A stretch of DNA of 64,000 nucleotides from Microthyrium microscopicum (lineage: Eukaryota): the NCBI GenBank assembly GCA_010405405.1, contig MU004237.1, positions 1,375,345 to 1,439,344 of the forward strand, read 5' to 3'. This document shows, in pieces, positions 37,821 to 48,275 of the stretch. The first letter of the stretch is position 1; each line of letters begins with the position of its first letter. Below the pieces are notes generated by a model. The model was not told where the DNA came from and did not search any database. It saw only the letters and a list, made by a program, of their open reading frames with translations. The position numbers and the translations under genes were made by a program.

Positions 37821-40759
37821 TCATAAAACAATAAGGAAGACGGCAAATGCCAAGAGCGTGAGTACAAGCAAAGAAGCGGAGAAGAGGAAGAGAAATCCCG
37901 CAACCAGGTGACTCAACAAACCTGGCTTTCCCTCCCCAGCAGCCTTGACGATAAGAACTTTGTCGACCGCCTTATCGCCGAGCTCCTTGAGTTGAGATGG
38001 GACATTGTCCACACCAGCACGAATGTCAGTCAACTCGCCTGGCTCGTTGCCACCAGTAGCTTGGACAACAATGTCATGGCTAGCCTTGATGTCAGCTGCC
38101 TTGAAGGCAATTGGGATCTTCTCGAGAGCAGCACGGATTTCGCTGACAGGAGCTTCTTCACCAACTTTCTGCTGACATCCAACTGCCTGCTCTTGCTCAT
38201 CGTGGTCATCATCTTCTAGAGGTACAACTCGGTAGCCCAAATGAATCTCCATGTTGTCAAGCAACCACTCCATTGGAGTGATGTAAGTTAGATCAACATT
38301 GTCCTTGTCGCCGCAATTATTACCCTTGATGCCGCCAAATAGCATACCGCAAATCCGACCACCAAGATCGAAGACTATAGATCCAGAATCGCCTTTGGCG
38401 GAGAATGCGGAATCAATTGGCGACATGACAGTCCAGGCTTTGGTTATTCGTCCATTGAAACGAAGAGTGGACTCAAGAGCGACGATTTTGCCGAATTTGA
38501 GCCCGGAAACGGCGCCAGACTGGCCAACAGCAATGCATGGCTGACCGTCTTTGTCTTTGTAGGGAGGATTGTCGAGCTCATCGATTGGGACAATGCCCTT
38601 CAGCTGGAGCTTTAGGATATGTTGAGGAGAATTGTCTTTGGAGAGTAGCATCTCGACCGGGATGGTGGACTCGTCAATCATCTTCCAGAAGGTTGCTTGA
38701 CCAATAGCTGGAATGATGATCTCGTTTTGGATTGGTGTTGAGAATTTGGTATTGTAGATTTTAACTAGAGCCCAATCTTGGTCGAAGGATGGTGTGCCAT
38801 TGACATCGAAGGTTTCGCGTTGCTCAGGAGCATGAAGGACTTTGCCAAAGACTCGTTTGGTCAAAGATGCATATCCATTGAGGACTGTGGCTGTAGAGCT
38901 GGCTCCATTCAGTCCATTTCCATTCAAGTCACTACCATTCGACTCGTCAGGGCTCGACCCATCGCCATGAGATGCATCAGCTACAGAATGCTCATCTTCA
39001 TGTCCAGCGTTGGCTTTCCATTGCGCACAAAAGCTCTTCTATAGCTCTTGAACAGCAACGAGAACGGCATCAGAGTGGTCGATCATCTCCTGAAAGGTCT
39101 CTCGATTGACGGAAGACAATTTGGGCTTCTGAAGATGGTCTTTGTAGTATTTTGCAGTGGTTCGGCTTCGGTTCTCTTGGGCTTTGAACTGATCGATAAC
39201 GTCTTCGAAGGCCAATTCCCCCAAATAGACGGCCTGTTTGTTGTCCGAGAGAGTGATGGTGGGTTCAGTGTCGGTGTCTAGGACGTGGCGACAAGTCAAT
39301 GCCAGATGATCTGGCGTTTTGAACGACATTGGAGCAAGAAATGATGTATCTCCTTCCGCTCCAGACGGCTTGACGGTAGCTTTTTGTAGGAATAATCCCA
39401 GGGTGCCTGTTATATGTTAGTTTCAGTGGACCAACAATCGCATCTTTCGCGACAGAATGGCCACATGCAAAACAACAGCATGCTCCCATCAATTGCGATG
39501 GCTACCATGCAACGCGCTTCGTGTTGGAGTTTTTTCTTTCCCACAAGAGGCTTCCGAGTCTCAATGATTGACCGAGTGAGATGGTAGATGCAGCATCTTT
39601 TACTTAGAAGCGTAGGTGGCAGCCAATCGAAGTTGATGGGAGTGTGTCATATACGCTGCGTCGTGCTGATAGTGACTTACCTGAACGTTTTGATTCGTTA
39701 TTGCCTCGAATTGAGCATCCATTGTGAGGCTGAAGCATGCGCTCTAGGTCAGAGACGCTAGAAGGCAGGCTGAAGCCAGTGGTTGTAGTGATGGTTTGCG
39801 CCGATTCGACACGAACCGACTCTCGGATCTCGCATTCGACGTTGGATAGATCATGCTTTTCCAAGATTTGAAGACACTTTTGAGCAATATCTAGACCTTT
39901 CGACCTAAAAACTGTTAGTAAATGGTCGATTTGAAGCGCGGGCGCGTCGACAAAACACATGGCTGGCTGCCATCAAGTGCGATAGGAGACATTGCATTTG
40001 ATGGGAGCTCGACAGGTGTTACGTCCACCGTTTGGGTACAAGACAAAGCTTACCAAGAAAGAGAATCAGGATCGACGCTTATCCACAGCACAACCGGGAG
40101 CGATTTGGGATCGACTGGAACGTAGTCGATTTCGCGAGCGCCAATACGAACAATGTCTATGCTGTTCCAAGCAACTGCATTGGAGTCTAAGATCCCAATT
40201 ATCTTGACAAGAATATCAGGATGTGCTTTCCAAGTTTGGATAATAGGATGATCGCGATAGTCGTAAAGGTACTTTCGAGTCGGGTGTGGAGGAGTATCAG
40301 GGGCCTGACCAGATTAGCTACTACTAAGTAGGTAGAGAAGGAAGGATATAATCACAAGTTCTCGCCATGGGGTTGTGGAAGTGCGCCCAACTAAGCGTGG
40401 AAGTGTTGGAAGACCATAGTAAAACCTGATTTTCTGTTAGCGGTGGTGGCAGCCGTAAGTCGATTGCAGACTTACCAAGTTTTCTCTTCCTCGGAAGGTT
40501 CAGCTGTGCGGGTGTCTGTAGCCATTGGCGAATTTGGAGCCTTTTGATCTTCAGAAAGATTGGCGGCGCTTGAGTTGGTAGCCATCGGCGAGCTCAGGGT
40601 AGAGCGCTGCGGTTTCAAAGATTTCCGTCGAGTAGTGGGCGTAAGATCTTGAATTTTTGATGATTTAGAAGAGTGCGTAGGTGTGGGCGCGGGGCTTCGA
40701 GATTTTGTAGGAGAATATTTAAAGGTCAAAGGTCTTAGATCTGCAGAAGAAGGGGCCAT
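37821..40759 (-). pseudogene. Trypsin-like (PA clan, Ssy5/NAL1-like) serine protease gene with one in-frame TAG at 39039-39041: pseudogene, or an editing/readthrough-dependent gene
   Basis: Exons 40759-40476, 40425-40356, 40304-40054, 39904-39681 and 39406-37821 total 2415 nt (805 codons including the terminator). Triad motifs ALTCRHV, DWALVKI and GDSGS are present, plus a C-terminal transmembrane helix. The only lesion is TAG at codon 399. Confidence 0.8.
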
Positions 40760-41626
40760 ATTGAAGATTTATGGGGTTGTTACAGAATAGGTGAGGGAAA
40801 TATTACGAGAACAAGTAGGATCGATCTCTGGTTTGAGAGTCTTTTGGCGATGCTTGCTGAAGAGGGTAATTCGATTATGTTGGGAGTTCAACATCAAGGA
40901 GCGGGAGATTGGAAACTCATTATTTGAGTAAACATTGCTCCATATGTCTACAGTGACAGGCAAGGCTGGACAAGGCTGAAAAAGTGAAGTAATGTGGCTT
41001 GCCGCTAGTCAGATTAGCGCGTCGGGCCGAACCTTACGTTAAACTTGATCCTGGTCTAGCTCCGTTCAAAGTGATCCTCGCTGAGTTTGGTGAACTATAA
41101 CCATGGAACATCATTCCAAAGATAATAAATTTATGTTATTCTCAGAGGGATCTGGATCTGTTCGCCTCCAACTGCTACCAACAACAGCCAGTTTCGACCT
41201 TTTCAGCCCACGAGAGCCAACGCCAGTATTACAATGTCTAATATGTTGACTGAACCCACAGAGGTAAGTATTTGTAATCTTGTACAATAAGCTTGATGTG
41301 GATACCATCATATATTACATATGACTGCCATCGCACTCGATGGCGGCAGTTAATTGCGGTGGAATTTTGGCTGGAAAGACATTTCCGTCTTTGCAGGGCC
41401 TCATGACCTTGCGAAACTCACTTTCAAGTCTGATACTAACAAATTCAACAGTCTAGACTAGAGGCACTATGGAACGATGCAGAGGTTATATCATTATTGC
41501 TGAGTTGCTTCTTTAAGTAGAATCGTGGATTGCCTCAACATACACCAAGTACATAACATGACAATGCCTAATGGGAGCGCTTCGATGATACTCTTCCTTC
41601 ATCTAGACTTTTGATGGTTTCTTTGC

Positions 41627-42778
41627 CTATCTACAACCCTTGGGATACGAGCTGGGCCCCACGCACACCGGGGCGTCGTCGTCGTATACTTTCCCTGACC
41701 AAGTGTAAAGGAATTCACCTAGTTGAGCAAAGACGGGACTGTAAAGTTCTTGGTGTAATTTCCGAGCGTCAGTAGGAAGCTTGGCCTCGATAGCGAGAGC
41801 CATGTTCTTGATAGCCTTGTTTGTTGCTGTAACCAATTTTTCGATAACACGAGCCTGATTAGTTTTCAGAAGAAGGTATCTCTTTGAGTTGAGGGAAATA
41901 ACAAGTTTCTCAACCGATTGTAAGACATTTGAAGCTTCTGCCTCGACTTGCTTTACGCTTGATGAAGGGACGCTTGCGGCAGTTTCGATTTGTCGTATAG
42001 CATATCCAAAGTTGTTCTGCATCACCAAGTCTCTTTCTGCCAGTAATTGCGGACCTGGTCCTTCAGTGAAGCCTTTGACTTCTCCGTCTAGGCTTGCTAT
42101 CTCCTTGGTAATCGAGCGGATTGACGAAATGATAATTGAAGAGCCGTCTTGAGGTTGAGACAGAATACGCCAATCTTCGATACGGTCCTGTAAAGATGAT
42201 ATGATGGGCTGTATTGCGTCTCGGCTTACGGCCACAAGTTCTGGAGGCATTTTGCCTCCGATAAGACCAGACATATCTTGGATGTATCCCAAAATCTTTT
42301 CAAGAATCCTTACGACAAACTTCTCCTGTCCGCCTTTGACTAGTGAATCTTTTGCTTCGTTTAGAGTGCTTAGGAGAGACTCCATTTGCGGCTTTATAGT
42401 ATCTCCGATGGTTCCCTGGACTGTGAATGCTTCCTGGGTGGAAATACAAGTTGATTCTGCAAAAATGGAAAGACCTCTGTTGAGGTCTGCCATTGCAACG
42501 TTCCAGTTTTGAGATAACGTAGTTGGATCTGGAATGGATCCAAGAAAAGCCATGGTAGCGTATGTTATACCCCTCGCGATGCTCTGGACTCCTGATGTAA
42601 TGACTGAAGCTTGACGCTTCACCCTTGAATTTGTCGGGTGTAGTGCAACAGGGTCTGCACACGTCAGTTCGGCTGTCGAAACAATGGTGGCATCCTCTCG
42701 TTTTGCGAACGGATGATCAGTGACGGCAATCACTGAGCCGATGAGGAGTAGGAACGAATATCTGTCGGATAACCTCAT
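41627..42778 (-). CDS. Secreted protein with two tandem HsbA/Mp1-like domains
   Basis: Signal peptide, two KR sites, two repeats of the pattern (L..L.(E/S)(A/K)K..L.K......V...L......I..K(M/L)P); intronless. Confidence 0.8.
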   Translation of the reverse strand: MRLSDRYSFLLLIGSVIAVTDHPFAKREDATIVSTAELTCADPVALHPTNSRVKRQASVITSGVQSIARGITYATMAFLGSIPDPTTLSQNWNVAMADLNRGLSIFAESTCISTQEAFTVQGTIGDTIKPQMESLLSTLNEAKDSLVKGGQEKFVVRILEKILGYIQDMSGLIGGKMPPELVAVSRDAIQPIISSLQDRIEDWRILSQPQDGSSIIISSIRSITKEIASLDGEVKGFTEGPGPQLLAERDLVMQNNFGYAIRQIETAASVPSSSVKQVEAEASNVLQSVEKLVISLNSKRYLLLKTNQARVIEKLVTATNKAIKNMALAIEAKLPTDARKLHQELYSPVFAQLGEFLYTWSGKVYDDDAPVCVGPSSYPKGCR

Positions 42779-44456
42779 GTTGGGTTTGTATCTTCTAAAC
42801 AGACGTAAGGAAAGGGCGTAAGCGTCAAATGATACTGATTTGAAGGTGAATTAGTAGCAGAACGCTGAAGTATGTGGCAGACAGCGATTAAAAACAAGAT
42901 AGAAAGGAACAAGATCAGCGGTCGAGAAAGGTTGGACGTCAAATACTGAATTACATTGAACCAAGAAGAAATTAGAGAGATCACTATGAACCGAATTATA
43001 TCAATCGAATCCTACAACAAGGACCTATTTTCATTTCTCGGAATATATCCCAAAGGTAGCCTCTACGGTCTGGACATTAGTCTTACCACAGACGCTCTGT
43101 TCATATACTGTCTCGAGAAGGATCTCTGATCTTTAAGGATTGAATCCAATGAAGGGTGACAGATCGTATGACCCATCCAAGCAAATCGACATTCCCATTG
43201 GCAGCTAGGTCTGAGAGTAAAGATGAGCGATATTGGACCTGAACCTGAAGGTATAGTGACAGCAAGTATTTTCATTATTTGACTAAATATAAGGATCGTC
43301 TTCGGCGTTATTCATGACTTCGGTTAAGTTAATAAATTATAAGTTCCGCTCGCGAATCAACTTTAGAATGCGATAACCGATCAGAGTTAATAACCTTTGA
43401 GGACGCACGATGATTAGAAAAGAGTTCTAGACGAGTGGCCACCTGTGGCTTGCAAGCCGAGGAATGACAAATTGGAAGGATGCAACTAATATTGCAGATA
43501 AAGTTAACTGCAGAAAATGATTACCCGAGCATCGTAGTGATACCAGGCGAAGTCTAGTCGGAGTAATCATTGACATTTTTGCCAAACGAACTGATGCAAT
43601 CCGGAAATGCAGTGAAATAGATTTGCTTCGAGAGTAGAAGCAAGATAGGAACGTGCCAATCTTCTGTATTTCACTTTCCTGTATTATTGATATGATCTGG
43701 GGCTGTAGCATCGTTTCTGCTCATTGTTGGACTGGCAGGTGTTTGATGAACGACATGAACTGCCAGGCCCTAGGACTATTGTAGAAGCAACAAAGGAGGG
43801 AGTCTCAGACCACAAACACTGAAATCCTGTCTTAGCTCCAACATGCTGCCATATACTTGACAAAATCGAAAGCTTGCTATCACTGCTCTCGACGTAGAAT
43901 CGAAGGTAGACTCCTGGGAATGAACAGAAGTAACTTATGAGATTCAGGAGACATCAGGCTAGTAGGATCGAGCTGACGAAAGACTATTTATCTGTCTCTA
44001 ATGGTAACCCAGTACAACGGAGGATAAAAAAGTACAATAGCCTGCCCTTTCGACTCTCCAAAATGCCCAAGTGATATCATCTGTAGAACTTTTCGTGGAC
44101 ACACACCCTTAGATTAATTCAAGTACATTTCTGTATAAGATACTAGAATACAGGTATTCTGTCGGCTCCTTTTTGAGTACCGCTCTGTATGGCTGTAAAT
44201 TGACGCCTCACACGGTTATGGTCGCCAATAGCAGCCACAGTTACTGTGCCGCCTCCTGCAATTGGGTTTGATTTGATTGCGGGGCTATAGCAAGATCTCG
44301 AACACCATTCACGATCACAACATCTACCCGCGTACCTGTACGATGACTATGCTTCAAGACTACCTGCTTGGTGTTTGAGATATTGCACTTTGCCGTTCGC
44401 TCTTCAGCCTTGCACCAACGTTCAACTCCGGTCGGGATTCGTGACTACCTCTGATC

Positions 44457-45671
44457 ATGATGAGCATTCTAGCATATGTCATCTCGATTCTTTGCGTGTA
44501 TTTGAGCCTTAACTTATTTTGTCCGGCTGTTTCTGTACTCCTTTTCTACCCTGCCAATCTGCGAGTGTCTGATCAACCTGCTCTGAAATGGACAACTGCG
44601 GCCACCAACGCGTCATTACTTCGAGAAGATCACGGTGACTCACGAGATATCCCAGACTATGTATTAGAGTACGCACCGTACTGCTATCTCTACTCTGGGG
44701 AGGAGTATTGGCCTGGACTATTGTCAGAACATTTGGATCACACAGTTCCTCACATCAACTACGATTCTGTTCCTAGAGAATTTCAGCAGCCTAATCTAGA
44801 CGACCTTGATCAGCTTAATGCATTTGGAAATATATTCCTAATGAGTAACGATGATCCAGAAAATTACCCAGATTGGCTTGGTGGACTGAGCAATGTTCCA
44901 GATTCAAGACTTCACAGATCATCTGCACCAGCCATACTTATCATGGTGAGCAAAGGCCAATACATCGACGCATTCTGGTTCTTCTTCTACAGCTTCAATC
45001 TTGGAAACCAGGTGTTGGGACATCGTTTTGGCAATCATGTTGGCGATTGGGAGCATACAGTGATTCGTTTTGAGAATCGGAGACCAATCGAAGTTTATTA
45101 CAGTGAACATGCTTGGGGTGCTGCATATCGATGGGAACATGCTGAGAGGCATCCCAACAATAGAAAAAGAGTAGGTGCTTCTCTGAATAATGACTGCTCC
45201 TGGCTGATGGGACTTCAGTTGCTGACATATTCAGCGTACGGCACACATGCTATGTACCGTACGGCTGGTAACCAACCTTATGTCTTACCTTTTGGTTTAC
45301 TACAAGACATCACTGACAAGGGACGTCTGTGGGATCCTACGCTGAACATGTTCAGTTATACTTATGATCCTCGAGAGGACACATTAAGAGCCAGTAACTT
45401 TACCCCTGACGTGCCAGAAGCATGGTTTCATTTCAATGGTCGATGGGGTGATAAAGCCTATCCAACGGATGATCCAAGACAGTACGAATTTCTTGGAGCG
45501 CTACATTATGAAAGCGGGCCGACAGGTCCCAAGTTCAAGAATCTGGGACGGTCAGCAATATGCGAGAACAGTGAGATCGATTGTAGCATAAGAAACCCTA
45601 TAGATGATCAAGTACCCAGAAATATACAACCTGCAGAATGGGAGCACTGGAAAAGGAGTTTCGATCGCTAA
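44457..45671 (+). CDS. Vps62-family protein
   Basis: IPDYVLEYAPY.YLYSGEEYWP, DAFWFFFYSFNLGN, FGNHVGDWEH.VIRF, GTHAMY, WFHFNGRWGD..YP, GPTGPKFKNL. Probable 48-nt intron at 45171-45218. Confidence 0.88.
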   Translation: MMSILAYVISILCVYLSLNLFCPAVSVLLFYPANLRVSDQPALKWTTAATNASLLREDHGDSRDIPDYVLEYAPYCYLYSGEEYWPGLLSEHLDHTVPHINYDSVPREFQQPNLDDLDQLNAFGNIFLMSNDDPENYPDWLGGLSNVPDSRLHRSSAPAILIMVSKGQYIDAFWFFFYSFNLGNQVLGHRFGNHVGDWEHTVIRFENRRPIEVYYSEHAWGAAYRWEHAERHPNNRKRVGASLNNDCSWLMGLQLLTYSAYGTHAMYRTAGNQPYVLPFGLLQDITDKGRLWDPTLNMFSYTYDPREDTLRASNFTPDVPEAWFHFNGRWGDKAYPTDDPRQYEFLGALHYESGPTGPKFKNLGRSAICENSEIDCSIRNPIDDQVPRNIQPAEWEHWKRSFDR

Positions 45672-46106
45672 TGCCTGGTCGCAACCTTGGAAGAAAGTAT
45701 AGAATCCGCTACGAATCTTGCATCGCAGATTTACTATTGCTGTCAACATCGTTGTGCGGCCGAAGCAAGATACTGCCTGCATTGATCAAATACCCTCTCC
45801 ACAGGCCGCGAATACTCTTTGAGGAATAGAGCTTCAAGCCCTACCTAAACCGGTACAACTGAGAGTACCTGCACAGGGACAGAGGGTAAATGGAATTTAA
45901 TCTAAAACAACAGCTAGCACATGAGAGCCGCATCAAAACACAGCTAAATAGACAATAGTCGCGGTTCGCTCTCGTGGTTGCAATCTAAATCCTCGCAAAA
46001 GAGCGAGAATAGTCAAGCTCCCGAACTTCTGGAAATATGATCCCCGGACACATGTCAACACACTGACGTTATATGAAGTAAAATAAATCCCCACAATTAT
46101 GCTCTG

Positions 46107-47851
46107 ATGGCTGTCAAAATGATTTCCTTCCTTTCCTTGCTGCTGGTTGCGACGGCGAGTGCGCAACAGACGTGGACTGTCGGCCAACAAGTCAAGACCA
46201 CCAGTGGTCAAGTCACAGGACATGCGTCTAGTACGGCAAAAGAAGTCTCAGAATATCTGGGTATCCGTTATGGCCAGACTACAGGAGGAAGTAATCGGTT
46301 CATGGCACCAAAGAAATACACTGGAAATGAGACGATAGTGGCTGCAAAATTTGTAAGTCGTCACTGCCAACTTGAAGCTGCACACACTAATTCAGAATAT
46401 AGCCAACGCAAGTTTTGAATACTTAAGATCTCAAAGAGCAGTTTTAATACTTTTTAGTGGATGTCCTGAATACTATGGCGGCTTGCTCAGTGCTGTAGGA
46501 GGGCTGGCTGCGGCCTTTGCACTTCGAGGCGAGGACTGTTTGTTTCTGAATGTGTGGTCGAAACCACAAACTGGAGATAAGAAAAAAGCGGTCATGATAT
46601 GGATCTTGGGTGGAGGCTTTTCTCTAGGAGAAACTTCCATATACGATGGCGCATTACTTGCAGAAGCAGAAGACGTCGTTGTAGTATCCATGAACTATCG
46701 AACTAATAGTGGGTATCCATACGTCAAATTTCAGAGCGTCTTTTAACCTTAGGTATAGTGTTCGGTTTCCCAGGCGCGCCAGGAATACCCGATCAGAATG
46801 TAGGCCTCTTAGATCAGCGATTGGCTGTCGAATGGGCAAGAGACAATATTGCTCAATTCGGTGGCGATCCAACCAAAATGATCATATTTGGAGAAAGCGC
46901 AGGAGGTTCATCAGTTGATTACTACAACTATATGTGGCCCAAAGATCCAATTGTCAAAGGCTTCATTGCTCAGTCAGGAACGGTCCACATGGGAATATAT
47001 CCTACCAACAAATTCGCACCGCTGACACTTCAAGCTCGCGAAAAGACGTGGTATAACGTTTCTGCCACCCTCGGATGTGGTGGACCTGAGGCTGGTGGAC
47101 CTGCATCACTGAAATGTGTGCAGTCCAAGCCAGCGACCGATGTTACAAAAGCTATTCCTTCCACTAGTGGTGTAGATGGTGTTGTAGGGTTCTTTGGACC
47201 TACCATCGACAACAAGTATGTCCACAGTGCTGAAGACTATGACAAGATCGACGCATCAGCAGGATTTACAAAACTGGTTTGCTTTCCCTTTACGTTCCCG
47301 AAAGCGATGACTAACTACATCATAGCCCTTGCTTGTAGGCTCGAATCACAATGAATCGGTTCTCTTCCGTTTCATGGCAGGGGGACAAGCAAAGCCAGAA
47401 GAGCTTCTTGGTATTGACCAGAGCTTCCGATGCGGAGCAGCGAAGGCCGCGGCTGCTAGATCCAACAAGCAGATCCCAGTCTGGCGTTACCACTTTGCCG
47501 ATACGGATGGAAGTGCCTCAGGTGCTGCACTATACAGTGCAATCGGTCTCCCTGGATTTGGAGCCACCCATTCCACAGATGTTCAACCAGTATTCGGTAA
47601 GGGGAAGCTAGCGAAAACTTTCCAGACCGCATGGGGAGCATTTGCAAAAGATCCGCAGAATGGATTGAGCAAACTGGGATGGCCCAAGTATGATCCAAAA
47701 GGTAAGACTAAACGAAAAGGAAGAAATTGGACAGTGGCTGACTTTGCGCATAGGAAATACTTTGGTTCGGATTGCCAACAACGGATCATTGACTCCAGAT
47801 TTTGTCAAATCTACCATGTACGATGGCTATTGTGCCGACTTCAAGGGGTGA
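46107..47851 (+). CDS. Secreted type-B carboxylesterase/lipase, 5 exons
   Basis: Signal peptide, [16 protein letters not shown] oxyanion loop, [13 protein letters not shown], catalytic GESAG, GSNHNE, GATHS. Confidence 0.93.
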
Positions 47852-48275
47852 TCGCGAAATGTAATAATTGATCATTATAGACATGTTATTCAAGGCATAA
47901 TATTCATACCACAGCATTTACCTTGTCTGTGCTAGCACCCATTGTAACCTGATATTGCTCAAGCTCCGGCCTCATAGACCTCTCCTCTTCCGGCATATCT
48001 AAGTGAAAAGCGTTTCTGGCAACGAATACTGCGTTATTGACTTCAATCTTATATCCAGTAGTGTCCCAGTCTGATATTCCGAAGCTGAGTGGAGAGCTCT
48101 CCTCAGCGCTTCAATTTCTCTGACTACACAAAGGATGAGTCAACATAACATACGTCTATCAGAATTTTCCTCTAAAATCCACCTAACTAATTACAAATTA
48201 CAATGTCATATACATCCTCGTATCTAATCACCCACGCGCCATTGATCTATAGATTCATACATCAAGTCATCACGC

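Noticed and set aside
38960..39070. An intron that would remove the protease's in-frame TAG
   Set aside because: No consensus GTRNG donor with a CTRAC branch point spans it, and the frame continues unchanged across the stop. Not fully excluded without RNA-seq.
41325..41348. GCCATCG/CGATGGC hairpin as a terminator or ncRNA
   Set aside because: A 7-9 bp stem is expected by chance, and intrinsic terminators do not apply to fungal Pol II genes.
47905..48115. About 70-codon open minus-strand frame between the esterase and ABC genes
   Set aside because: No convincing start or motif; lies between convergent 3' ends.
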